DNA from: a plasmid
Direction: 5' to 3' (one strand)
Length of the DNA stretch: 64,000 nt
Sequence record: NZ_CP137560.1
Below, one piece after another: positions 44,865-54,834 of the stretch (within the stretch, counting starts at the first letter, position 1; every line of letters begins with the position of its first letter). A program made the position numbers and the translations under genes. Under the pieces are notes generated by a model. The model was not told the DNA's origin. It made no database searches and saw nothing but the letters and a program-made list of their open reading frames with translations.

Positions 44865-45365
44865 ATGACAGAGAATGAATTCATCCATATCGTTCCGCAG
44901 TTGCGGCAGATAGCCTTGCAAATCAGTCAGGGTTATGGCGTTGGCTGTGATGAGGCTGAGGACATCGCACAGGATGCGATGCTCAAGCTCTGGGCTATCA
45001 AGGAAGACATTCTGTCTGCTGCTCATGCCAAAGGTTCGATGGGCTGCATTACCAAGCATCTTTGCATCGACTTCTTTCGCAAGCGAAAGATGATTTCGAT
45101 AGATGCCCAGCCTTTCGATAAGTCGCCTAGCTACTATGCGCCGCCCGATGTGGAAGTGGAAAACTCGGAGAACGAACAGTGGCTCCAAAAACGCCTCAAG
45201 GCGCTGCCCTCCAACCAGTATCAGGTGCTTTATCTGCGGCAAGTAGAGAAGAAAAGCTCTGAGGAAATAGCGCAAATCGTGGGTATCACCACAGAATCTG
45301 TATCCGTGTTGCTTTCGAGGGCAAGAAAGCAGATGTTGCAGGAAATCAAGAAAAGATGTCGATAG
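44865..45365 (+). CDS. ECF-subfamily RNA polymerase sigma-70 factor
   Basis: Region 2 and region 4 (QYQVLYLRQVEKKSSEEIAQIVGITTESVSVLLSRARKQM) motifs. Confidence 0.85.
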   Translation: MTENEFIHIVPQLRQIALQISQGYGVGCDEAEDIAQDAMLKLWAIKEDILSAAHAKGSMGCITKHLCIDFFRKRKMISIDAQPFDKSPSYYAPPDVEVENSENEQWLQKRLKALPSNQYQVLYLRQVEKKSSEEIAQIVGITTESVSVLLSRARKQMLQEIKKRCR

Positions 45366-45413
45366 CCCTTATATATAAAAATAGGTATAATTAATAAAGG
45401 AGGAAAAATTGAT

Positions 45414-46226
45414 ATGAAAGAAAAAGATATACGTTTGTTGCTCAATTGGTTTATGGCTGGTGAGACTACTCTTGAAGAGGAGGCTCTGCTAAGGGAGTGG
45501 TTTCGCCAGCATCCCGATGTGAGCGATGACCTGAAGGAATACCAGATGATGTTTGGATATTTCGACGAGGGGATGCCCCTCGAACATGAGCCGGGGATGC
45601 CCCTCGAACATGAGGCTGAGAAGTGTGAAGAAAATGTCGCCCATCCAAAGACTTCAAGGACTTCAATGTCTAAAGCGAGAATGCGCCGCCTATGGTTGCC
45701 GATTAGCATGGCTGCATCCATCGCCCTGCTCATTGCATTTGCTGTTCCTCGCATAGGGAAACAGATAGGACAACAGGCAGGACATCAGGATGATTCGAAG
45801 ATGGCTCAACTCGAAGGCAGAACGACTCCGGAGGATACAGATTCAGCTGTTGTTCAAAAGGAAAAAACGCCAGATGCCGATCTCTCCATGCCTGAAAAGA
45901 TAAAAAAGTCGGGTGATTCCGTATCTCCCAAAACAAGGAAGCACAAGCAGAGGAAATATCGTCAGCATCTGTTTGCTCCTGCTCCTCCAAAGCTTTGGAT
46001 AGCTCAGAATATTGCTACCGATTCTTTGTTGGCAGAGCCGGAAAAGCTTGCCGATAAGCATCTCTGTGAGATGGAGGCACAGCAGAATGAAATGTTCTTC
46101 AAACTCTATCTCATCAATGCTCTTCAGACCCAGTTGCTTAATGCCGATATTGCCAGTGCCTCGTTCGAAAGCGAGGAGAATGTGCATGATGAGGACCATG
46201 TGAGTGATGACCAGGAGGTTTATTAA
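45414..46226 (+). CDS. anti-sigma factor (single TM; contains a 24-bp tandem duplication GMPLEHEP/GMPLEHEA)
   Basis: 49 bp downstream of the ECF sigma gene; TM helix RLWLPISMAASIALLIAFAV. Confidence 0.55.
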   Translation: MKEKDIRLLLNWFMAGETTLEEEALLREWFRQHPDVSDDLKEYQMMFGYFDEGMPLEHEPGMPLEHEAEKCEENVAHPKTSRTSMSKARMRRLWLPISMAASIALLIAFAVPRIGKQIGQQAGHQDDSKMAQLEGRTTPEDTDSAVVQKEKTPDADLSMPEKIKKSGDSVSPKTRKHKQRKYRQHLFAPAPPKLWIAQNIATDSLLAEPEKLADKHLCEMEAQQNEMFFKLYLINALQTQLLNADIASASFESEENVHDEDHVSDDQEVY

Positions 46227-46253
46227 CAAGAAACAATTAAAAAGAAGAAGAAT

Positions 46254-47201
46254 ATGAAAACAACTTTTAAATTAGCATTTGTGGCTTGCCTGTTGGTGCT
46301 CTCTTCAGCTTGCCATGCCCAGAAGCCTATACCGAACATCGACCAGGCTTTTGATAAATTCGTACAGGATTTGTCGCAAGACGACCTCGTTACTTCTTCC
46401 ACGATGAATACCTATAATATAGGTATGATGAAGGGATTTGAGTTCGCCGTTCCCAGGAAGAAGCAGAAAATGGTGGATACTTTTCATAAGGCTTTGTTGA
46501 GCAATAGTCGTCTCGCTTATATCAGTTTTACCAAGAAAGCGGGTTCTGCCAGCATTGAGACGAATCGGGTGGGATATGGCAATAACAATTCCACGACCTA
46601 CGAGTTTGGTGCTCACAAGGACCGCAACTATAACCTGCAGTATTTCCGTGACTGCAAGGATTCTACCATGCGATATGTTTATGCCTTGGTATGGTATCCA
46701 GGAAAGAATGATGTGGTATTGGGCAGTGTGTATAAGTTCCACTCCAAGGATCCGCAAACCTATAAGAAGCCATCCGCCAATGTGAAGTCATTTTCTTATA
46801 CGCAGCCATTCTCTTATACGAAACCGTCTGTTCAAAGTCTGGATTCTCTTGTCTTGCTGGCCAAGAACTTCAAGTTTGACAAGAGTTTGGCTGGCAGTTA
46901 TTATTTCGATGAGACTCCTCCCAAGGATGCGGCAGAGTTTATGATGCAACTCAATACGCTTCGCGCTGCCTTTAAGAATGCCAAGGATTTATACCCTTAT
47001 CTCGGAAATCAGGTGTTTCGGCGTACCCTCCAGACGGGCATTGCCAACAAAATAGTCAAGCTTTGTAAGGGATACGGCAAGTTGCTGAATGCTGACGAGA
47101 AGAAGTTCTGTGCCACTTCGCTGAATAAGATGAAGAAGGATACAGACGATGAATATCTGCAAAGTCTTCTGGAACTGACTGCCAATTCTTTGAGAAAGTA
47201 G
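46254..47201 (+). CDS. secreted protein with signal peptide, third member of the ECF sigma/anti-sigma cluster
   Basis: MKTTFKLAFVACLLVLSSACHAQ signal peptide; 28 bp after the anti-sigma gene. Confidence 0.45.
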   Translation: MKTTFKLAFVACLLVLSSACHAQKPIPNIDQAFDKFVQDLSQDDLVTSSTMNTYNIGMMKGFEFAVPRKKQKMVDTFHKALLSNSRLAYISFTKKAGSASIETNRVGYGNNNSTTYEFGAHKDRNYNLQYFRDCKDSTMRYVYALVWYPGKNDVVLGSVYKFHSKDPQTYKKPSANVKSFSYTQPFSYTKPSVQSLDSLVLLAKNFKFDKSLAGSYYFDETPPKDAAEFMMQLNTLRAAFKNAKDLYPYLGNQVFRRTLQTGIANKIVKLCKGYGKLLNADEKKFCATSLNKMKKDTDDEYLQSLLELTANSLRK

Positions 47202-47224
47202 TAAGTTCTTGATGTATAAGCTTT

Positions 47225-47293
47225 GGAAAATGTGGAATTCTCTCTCAAAATATCGCTTTTAAACGATATTTTGAGAGAGAATTCCACATTTCC
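47225..47293. repeat. ~69-bp near-perfect palindrome (30/31-bp arms, 8-nt loop)
   Basis: GGAAAATGTGGAATTCTCTCTCAAAATATCG-cttttaaa-CGATATTTTGAGAGAGAATTCCACATTTCC directly after the 46254..47201 stop. Confidence 0.7.
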
Positions 47294-47766
47294 TAGACTA
47301 TAGTCTTGCTATAATTTTGTATCTTTCCTCTATAAAACGAAAATGATTTCCCTCGCATAGGGTAACCTTCCAGTTGAAATGTTAAAACTCCGAAAACTTG
47401 CTCAAACAATTCACCATCACTGTGCAAAATACAAAGAAAAATACTATCTTTGTGCACGTCAAGACCACATACTGCTTTCATAAGCCTACATTTTTGAAGT
47501 TTAAAAAATCAGTTTACGAACACTGCTTCAAAGATAATTAATATTTTTGTGACTCAGAGCACGTTAGTAGGATTTTTTGCAGTTGTGGTCTTGATTTCTC
47601 AAAAAATAAGGCAAATCTCGCACAATTCGAGGGAAATCATTCAAGTTTTTTATTATACTGGCTTATAATTCAGAAATTTTATCTAAATTTGCAATGCTAA
47701 ATGATATTTTAAATGTGGGAGATTGAATCTCCACTTAGAATAGGAGTTTTTTGATATGAAAAAATA

Positions 47767-48225
47767 TTGAATCCTTATCTGAATAAGGAAGGTTACAACT
47801 GCGTTTGCTGCGCACCAAACAATCCGGTAGGATTGCACCTTGAGTTTTGGGAAGAGAATGAGGATGTTCTTACCATCTGGAATCCTGGTGAGAATTATCA
47901 GGGATGGGTAAATACCTTGCATGGCGGCATCATTAGTATGCTGATGGACGAAGTGGCAGGCTGGGTCATCAACCGCAAGCTGCAGACTACTGGTGTTACG
48001 ATGCAATTGAACGTGAAGTACAAGAAGCCTGTGATGACCACCGATTCGCAGATTACGGTGCGTGGTCACATCGCCAGGCAGCGCCGCAACATCGTCACCA
48101 TCCACTTGACCCTGGAGAACTCCAAAGGCGAGGTTTGTGATGAGGGCGAAGCCGTCTATTTCACTTTCGGATCAGACAAAGCCAGAGAAATGGGCTTCGA
48201 AGGTTGCAAGATTGAGGGGGAGTAA
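47767..48225 (+). CDS. hotdog-fold acyl-CoA thioesterase (PaaI/4HBT-like)
   Basis: HGGIISMLMDEVAGWVIN motif characteristic of PaaI-type thioesterases. Confidence 0.75.
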   Translation: MNPYLNKEGYNCVCCAPNNPVGLHLEFWEENEDVLTIWNPGENYQGWVNTLHGGIISMLMDEVAGWVINRKLQTTGVTMQLNVKYKKPVMTTDSQITVRGHIARQRRNIVTIHLTLENSKGEVCDEGEAVYFTFGSDKAREMGFEGCKIEGE

Positions 48226-48353
48226 TAGCCTTCTATTTGCTGATACCACTACACCCTTGCTTAGAGCGTTCTGTGGAATTGAAATATCAACCATCAAAAT
48301 CAGTTTTTACAGCATGCTACTCAAATAAAAATAGAATAAATAATTTATAAAAT

Positions 48354-49394
48354 ATGATTTCATTTGAAAGTGACTATAACAACGGAACCTTGCCGGAGAT
48401 TTTGGAAGCGCTAGGCAAGACCAATGACGAGAAGACTTCCGGATATGGATTTGACCCCTATACAGAAGCCGCCAAAGAGAAGATTCGCAAGACCATCGGC
48501 ATGGAAGATGCGGATGTTACCTTCCTCGTGGGTGGAACCCAGACCAACACGACAGTCATCGATTCCGTCCTCTTGGGATGCGAGGGAGTTATTTGTGTGG
48601 AGACAGGACATATCGAGGTACATGAGTCTGGAGCCGTGGAAGCCTTTGGCCACAAGGTCATTACCTTGCCCTCCACAGATAGCAAGCTAAATCCTAATAC
48701 ATTGGCTTCCTATATGGATATCTTCCTGGCCGATGAGACCCACTCGCACATGGTTCAACCAGGTATGGTATATGTCTCCATGCCTACCGAACTGGGCATG
48801 GTATATACCAGAGAAGAACTTGAGGCACTCTATACCACTTGCCAGAAATATGATCTTCGTCTTTTTGTTGACGGAGCACGCCTGGGTTATGGACTGATGT
48901 CTGAGGCATGTAATTATGACCTGCCTTTCATAGCCCGACATTGCGATGTATTCTACATCGGTGGCACCAAGGTGGGAGCCATGTTTGGCGAAGCTGTGGT
49001 ATTCTCCGGCATGAAGACTCCCAAATACTTCTTTACCAATGTGAAGCGACATGGGGCATTACTTGCCAAGGGAAGAATGCTCGGCATCCAGTTTGATACC
49101 TTGTTTACTGACAATCTTTACTTCAAGGTGTCTCGCCATGCCATTGCCATGTCTGAACGTATCCGAAGCATCTTCTGCAAGCATGGCATCAACATCGCCT
49201 ACGACTCGCCAACCAACCAGCAGTTTGTCATCCTCTCCCCTACTCTTTATGAGAAACTCTCGCAAAAGGTGGCGTTTGAAATTTGGGAGAGAAAGAGCGA
49301 GACTGAAATCATCTGCCGTTTCGTGACCAGTTGGGCGACCCGGGAGGAAGAATTGGAAGAGTTGGACGAGATCTTACAGAATATCCTATCATAA
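48354..49394 (+). CDS. ltaE: low-specificity L-threonine aldolase (PLP-dependent)
   Basis: F.SDYNNG..PEIL, FLVGGTQTN, FVDGARL, GGTK (PLP lysine) pattern matching LtaE-family aldolases. Confidence 0.75.
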   Translation: MISFESDYNNGTLPEILEALGKTNDEKTSGYGFDPYTEAAKEKIRKTIGMEDADVTFLVGGTQTNTTVIDSVLLGCEGVICVETGHIEVHESGAVEAFGHKVITLPSTDSKLNPNTLASYMDIFLADETHSHMVQPGMVYVSMPTELGMVYTREELEALYTTCQKYDLRLFVDGARLGYGLMSEACNYDLPFIARHCDVFYIGGTKVGAMFGEAVVFSGMKTPKYFFTNVKRHGALLAKGRMLGIQFDTLFTDNLYFKVSRHAIAMSERIRSIFCKHGINIAYDSPTNQQFVILSPTLYEKLSQKVAFEIWERKSETEIICRFVTSWATREEELEELDEILQNILS

Positions 49395-49414
49395 AGAATA
49401 TAACCGACATCAAT

Positions 49415-50176
49415 ATGCAAATACTCTTAGCATCAGCCAAAATCATGAATGCTGCCACATCTGTGGACATTCCGATGAAAAGCAAGCCTAAGTTTCAGGA
49501 ACAAGCCGGACTGTTTGCCTTGGAACTTTCCACATGGGACACAAATCGTCTCATGAAGGAATTGAAATGCAGCCAAGCCATCGCCCTGGAGAATCAGCAA
49601 CGATATCAGAGTTTCTGGAACGAGGAAGAACTGTTGCCTTCCATCCTTGCCTACTATGGCCAGGCATATAAATATCTCCAGGCAGACAACTTTAGCCAAG
49701 ATGATTTTGCTTTTGCACAAGATCATCTCTTCATCACCTCTTTCCTATATGGTCTGTTGCGTCCTTTGGATATGATTCATCCTTATCGCATGGAAGGAAA
49801 GGTAAGGCTGGATGCTACTAAGGGAATGAATCTCTTTGCCTTTTGGAAAACTTATCTTACGAATATGTTGATTGAGGCTGTGAAAGCAAACGATGGCATC
49901 CTCATTCATCTAGCCACCGAGGAGTTTGAGCATCTCTTCGACTGGAAGCGAGTTTGCCAAGAGGTAAAGGTGATTCAACCTTTATTTTATGTGGACAAAG
50001 GTGACACCATCAAGATGTTATCCGTCCATGCCAAAAGTTGCCGTGGAGCCATGACTAAGTTCATCATTCAAAATCGGATAGACCAGCCTTCAGATATATT
50101 CAATTTCGAGTTGAATGGATTCAGATATGCTCCCAACTATGGAGATGAACTCCATCCTCACTTTATTAAGAAATAA
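49415..50176 (+). CDS. yaaA: peroxide stress protein YaaA (UPF0246)
   Basis: MQILLASAKIMN..., FSQDDFAFAQDHL, GLLRPLDMIHPYRMEG, AKSCRGAMTKFIIQNRI track E. coli YaaA motifs; start moved to the internal Met at 49415. Confidence 0.75.
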   Translation: MQILLASAKIMNAATSVDIPMKSKPKFQEQAGLFALELSTWDTNRLMKELKCSQAIALENQQRYQSFWNEEELLPSILAYYGQAYKYLQADNFSQDDFAFAQDHLFITSFLYGLLRPLDMIHPYRMEGKVRLDATKGMNLFAFWKTYLTNMLIEAVKANDGILIHLATEEFEHLFDWKRVCQEVKVIQPLFYVDKGDTIKMLSVHAKSCRGAMTKFIIQNRIDQPSDIFNFELNGFRYAPNYGDELHPHFIKK

Positions 50177-50218
50177 ATTTTAATTTACAAACGATAAAAG
50201 ACTTACGATTATCGAAAA

Positions 50219-50599
50219 TTAATCGTAGAGATAGAATATGCGTTCCATCATGTGCCACTTTTCATCGCTGGTAGCACCTTTGCCGCATTTTTGAAATTTG
50301 CCTACCACTTCTTCCCATTCTGCTTGTCTTGGGAGTGTGGCAAGTTCTGCCATTGATTTGTCCCAATCGAAATCTTCCGGCGCATCAACTATCATCACCA
50401 GTCTGTTGCCGAAGATGTAAATCTCCATCTCCAGAATGCCTACCTGTCGGATTCCATCTCGAATTTCCTTCCATTGCACACCCTCGGAATGCAATTTGCG
50501 ATATTCACGGATAGCCTCTTCATCCGATTCTAACTCCAACCACTGTACGTAGCGCTTGGTGGCTACGGGATATTTCTTCTGTTTATAACCTTCCATCAA
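50219..50599 (-). CDS. L-rhamnose mutarotase family protein
   Basis: KRYVQWLELESDEEAIREYRKLH...W.EI....GI.EMEIY...NRLVMIVDAPEDFDW pattern of the RhaM/DUF718 family. Confidence 0.65.
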   Translation of the reverse strand: MMEGYKQKKYPVATKRYVQWLELESDEEAIREYRKLHSEGVQWKEIRDGIRQVGILEMEIYIFGNRLVMIVDAPEDFDWDKSMAELATLPRQAEWEEVVGKFQKCGKGATSDEKWHMMERIFYLYD

Positions 50600-50798
50600 T
50601 TTCTATATTTAATTCATGTTTTACGTTCGTATTCTGTTTATTTTTGCAAAAATATAAAAAAAGTATGAGGAAAACAAGTCAAACTATTGATATTTTGTTT
50701 ATTTTTGCAATATCGTTTTGCAAATGCGGCATGATCACTAAGGAAATACGGCACATTAAAGCATATTTTAAAATATATCACCATAAAAATTATATCAG

Positions 50799-52454
50799 AT
50801 GAAAAAACTATTTCTATCACTCGCCTTTCTGCTCCCTGCTATGGGAATGATGGCACAGACACAGGTAAAGACTGCTGAAGGTATCCTCGAAGGAAAGGAT
50901 CTCTCTGGCATCAAGGTTTTCAAAGGTGTTCCATTTGCTGCACCTCCTGTAGGTAATCTCAGATGGAAGGCTCCGCAACCTGTACAGAAATGGGAAGGTG
51001 TGCGCGAGGCTAAGGAATTCGGAGCGAACCCGATGCAGGAACCTATCTTCGGCGATATGAACTTCGGAACAAAGAAAAATAGCGAGGACTGTCTCTATCT
51101 GAATATATGGACTCCCGCCAAGACGATGAAGGAGCATCTGCCGGTATTGATTTATTTCAATGGTGGAGGATTGATGGCTGGTAGCGGAAGCGAACCTCGA
51201 TATGCGGGCGATGCGATGGCGAGAAAGGGAATCATCTCTATCACTGCCAATTACCGTGAGGGCATCTTCGGATTCTTTGCTCATCCTCAGCTCTCCAAGG
51301 AGACTTCCTATAAGGGCTCAGGAAACTATGGTTTCATGGATCAGGTGGCTGCTATCCAATGGGTAAAGAATAATATCGAGGCTTTCGGTGGTGATCCTAA
51401 CCGCATTACTATTGTAGGAGAATCGGCTGGTTCCATGTCGGTTAGTGCCCTGATGGCTTCTCCTCTCTGTCAGGGGCTTTTTGCACAAGCTATGGGTTCG
51501 AGCGGTTCGGTGATGGGATTCAAGAAGATTGCTACCCAGAAGGAAGCCGAGGAGAAAGGCGTGCAGCTTGCCCAGAAAATAGCCGAGAAGATGGGCAAGA
51601 AAACGGGCAAGAAGGTGAAAAAGAACGTAGGTATGAAGAACCTCAACGAACTTCGTGCCCTGCCTGCCGAAGAACTGATGATGCTGGCGGGAGTAAGAGC
51701 GGTTCCTGTCTATAATATCGACGGATATTTTATGAAAGAACAGCCTGTAGATGTCTTCGCCAAGGGCGAGCAGACCAAGGTGCCTCTGCTCATTGGTGGC
51801 AACAACCAGGAGATGACTCCATGGGCGGTGTTGATGGGCAAACAGCCTACCGTTGAAAATCTGAAGGCTGGCGCCAAGGCTACTTTCGGAGAAGAGAACA
51901 TCGATGAACTCTTCCGTCTTTACGGAATCAACAGCGACAAGGATGTGTTGGAGCAGCCGGGTGTGAATCTGGCTTCGGATATCTTCCTGGATTATTCTAC
52001 CTGGAAGTGGGGCAACATGCACAAGCTGACCGGCGGACAGCCAGTTTACCGCTATCGCTATTGTCATCCTCGCCCAGCAATGGCCATCAAGGGCAAGGTG
52101 GCAGCTTTGGCTGGCGGCGTGGTAGATGCTAAGGAAGGTGCAGCTCCTGCTCCACAGGATAAGGGAGCCGTTCACTCTGCCGACATAGAATATGCAATGG
52201 GCACTTTGCCTACCAACCGCGTGTTCAACTGGCAATCGGAGGATTACATGATCAGCGACATCTTCAGCCAGTATTATGTAAACTTCGTGAAGACCGGAAA
52301 TCCAAACGGTCTGGGTCTGCCGGAGTGGCCATCTACCAACGGCAAGTCCGTAGCTCCTGTGCTTCAGATAGATGTGAATACTGAGGTAAAAGCTGATGCC
52401 CAGATGGAGAAGCGCTATGAGTTTATTGACCAACTGTTTTGGAAAGAAAAATAA
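50799..52454 (+). CDS. secreted carboxylesterase (type B carboxylesterase/lipase family)
   Basis: Signal peptide; GESAGSMSV nucleophile elbow; oxyanion-hole-like NGGGLMAGSGSE. Confidence 0.85.
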   Translation: MKKLFLSLAFLLPAMGMMAQTQVKTAEGILEGKDLSGIKVFKGVPFAAPPVGNLRWKAPQPVQKWEGVREAKEFGANPMQEPIFGDMNFGTKKNSEDCLYLNIWTPAKTMKEHLPVLIYFNGGGLMAGSGSEPRYAGDAMARKGIISITANYREGIFGFFAHPQLSKETSYKGSGNYGFMDQVAAIQWVKNNIEAFGGDPNRITIVGESAGSMSVSALMASPLCQGLFAQAMGSSGSVMGFKKIATQKEAEEKGVQLAQKIAEKMGKKTGKKVKKNVGMKNLNELRALPAEELMMLAGVRAVPVYNIDGYFMKEQPVDVFAKGEQTKVPLLIGGNNQEMTPWAVLMGKQPTVENLKAGAKATFGEENIDELFRLYGINSDKDVLEQPGVNLASDIFLDYSTWKWGNMHKLTGGQPVYRYRYCHPRPAMAIKGKVAALAGGVVDAKEGAAPAPQDKGAVHSADIEYAMGTLPTNRVFNWQSEDYMISDIFSQYYVNFVKTGNPNGLGLPEWPSTNGKSVAPVLQIDVNTEVKADAQMEKRYEFIDQLFWKEK

Positions 52455-52537
52455 TCTTTTTGCTGCATTCAAAAGCTTTATAATTTTGTCGTAGATAGAA
52501 TGATAAGGCTGATAAAGCAGAATAAATAATAGAATTC

Positions 52538-52831
52538 ATGTTTCAGAAATTCATCATCAATAGAGAGGGTGTACTGAAATTCGGACACGTCTATTTGCAT
52601 CGTGATATGCTGGCTCCAGGAGAGCAATGCACATACGGTGGAGGACTATGGAAAATCGACGAAGGTCGGGGAGCCATAGTCCTCTATGGTCGAAGTTTCG
52701 ATTTCGGTCCTCCCGATTTTGACTACGTGAAACAGATAGACTGGTCGGGCTTGGGGGGCACCCCTCGCCCACTGCTCTATCTGCCCCATTGGCCTAATGA
52801 AGAGGAGATTGTGCCAATCATCGTGAAGTAA
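52538..52831 (+). CDS. hypothetical small protein
   Basis: 97 aa ORF. Confidence 0.3.
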   Translation: MFQKFIINREGVLKFGHVYLHRDMLAPGEQCTYGGGLWKIDEGRGAIVLYGRSFDFGPPDFDYVKQIDWSGLGGTPRPLLYLPHWPNEEEIVPIIVK

Positions 52832-53076
52832 TTTACCGACACCAGTTATTACAAACCTATTACATTCCTCATTATTCACGTTAAATTCAATTAAGTTTCC
52901 ACTTGGAACTTTCGCTATTTCGGATATTTTTCCTAATTTTGCGCCACGTTTCTAACGATAGAAATGAATATGAAAATTCTATGATAAAGAATCTGATTAT
53001 TTTATGATAGGAATCAGATTCGCAGGAAAATAGAAATAATTAAGTATTATATATAAAATAGGTAAGAAAAGAAAAA

Positions 53077-54066
53077 ATGGAACATGTTTTTACTGAATCG
53101 ATGTTTTTGGTGGGCTTCGTGATATTCATTGCTGCCATTCTCGTATTAGACATGCTGGTTATCGACCGAAAGGCGCATGTAGTTTCCATCAAGGAAGCTG
53201 GCTCCTGGACAGCAGTATGGATTATTCTCGCTCTCGCCTTCGCCGTATTCATCTACTTCCATGGCGATATGGTGCACGGCATAGAGAACTTTGACGATTT
53301 GAAACTGATAGCCTCACGCTATGCTTCTCATCTCAAACTGGATCCGAATGACTATGAGGCAAGTCTGCAGCAATATCGCCACTACATGACCATCTCTTAC
53401 ATCTCAGGTTATCTGATAGAGAAGACGCTCTCGGTAGATAATCTTTTTGTGATGATGATGATCTTCAGTTCATTCGGAGTGGATAAGAAAGATTATCAGC
53501 ACGTATTGAACTGGGGAATCTTGGGAGCCATCGTACTTCGCTTCGTCTTCATCTTTGCGGGTGCAGCCCTCATCAGCCGATTTGCCTGGATATTGCTCGT
53601 ATTCGGAGGATTCCTGGTTTACAGCGGAGCCAAGATGTTCCTGAATAGAAATAAGAAGGAAGAAATCAATGCTCTCGATCATCCGGTGGTGAAGTTCATG
53701 CAGCGACGCCTGCATCTGGGTCCGCTGGTAATGACGGTAGTGTTCATCGAGTTCTGCGATTTGATATTTGCTTTCGACAGTATTCCAGCCGTATTCTCAG
53801 TATCACTCGACCCATTCGTGGTGTTCTTCTCGAATATCTTCGCCATTCTGGGCTTGCGTGCCCTCTTCTTCCTGCTGGCAGCGATAGCCGATAAGTTCCG
53901 CTATCTGAAGGTGGGTGTAAGCGTGCTATTGGTGTTCATCGGTATGAAGATGCTCATCCACGATTTCTTCGAGATTGATGCAGTAGCTTCTCTCGTCATT
54001 ATCCTTCTCGTATTGCTCGTCAGCATCGGAGCATCGGTTGTAATTCCAAAGAAACAGGAAGCTTAA
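53077..54066 (+). CDS. TerC-family integral membrane protein
   Basis: Multiple TM helices; SVDNLFVMMMIF and FSVSLDP motifs typical of TerC/YjbE proteins. Confidence 0.8.
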   Translation: MEHVFTESMFLVGFVIFIAAILVLDMLVIDRKAHVVSIKEAGSWTAVWIILALAFAVFIYFHGDMVHGIENFDDLKLIASRYASHLKLDPNDYEASLQQYRHYMTISYISGYLIEKTLSVDNLFVMMMIFSSFGVDKKDYQHVLNWGILGAIVLRFVFIFAGAALISRFAWILLVFGGFLVYSGAKMFLNRNKKEEINALDHPVVKFMQRRLHLGPLVMTVVFIEFCDLIFAFDSIPAVFSVSLDPFVVFFSNIFAILGLRALFFLLAAIADKFRYLKVGVSVLLVFIGMKMLIHDFFEIDAVASLVIILLVLLVSIGASVVIPKKQEA

Positions 54067-54834
54067 ATTACAGAAAATTGTATAGCAAAATAAAAGGCTA
54101 AAGCAAAATTCATATTGATATTGCAATATGGATGAAAGAAATTCCCGATAAAGAAAGTTCTGTTTGCAAACGTTAAGTTGCAGGCAGAACTTTTTTGTAT
54201 TGTTAAATCTAAGTATCCACCATTCCGTATAAGAACATATTTATTCCATTTATGAAGATATTTGTAAAGTTTATGCCAAATTTATCTGTATTTATGTTAA
54301 TTCTGTGCCGTAGCTATGGCTATGGGAAGTCTAACCAGTTGCCATACGAAAGAGGCTTCTAAGGATATTATCCAAGACAACGTTGATAATGCTGTAGCTC
54401 AACTTACGCTACAGACCGACATTATCGAGAAGAGCGGTAAATTCCTCAATCCTCGTACGTATGAAAAGGGTAAGATGAACTAGAAGTCATCTTCTATCAG
54501 CCAGGCACTTTGGCTATAGGATCTACCACCTTTAGCTTGTCTGCCTTAAATGATTTCAAGTATTTGTTATCTATAATCTGCTGGATGGCAGCATTTTCTT
54601 GAAGCTGGTACGCGTCATCGACCTTCAGAATACAAAAAAGCTCGATAGTGGTGCCAAAAGTGCTTAAAAAAGCAATTTTTGGCACCACTATCGGCGCTTT
54701 TTGCGTATTTTCCATCGTTTTTCCATTATTTTACATTATCTTTGCAGAAGATTTGCTGCACTCGGCAATCTGAAAGCAAGCTTTCATTGCGCTCATTTGC
54801 AGCATCTTTTCCGCCAGATTAAAGAAATAAAGAT

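Noticed and set aside
51318-52472. 384-aa minus-strand ORF
   Set aside because: Antisense to the well-supported carboxylesterase (GESAG motif) on the plus strand.
54497-54715. 72-aa minus-strand ORF upstream of the DUF234 ATPase
   Set aside because: Short, no recognisable motif, in a promoter-like intergenic region; probably not a gene.
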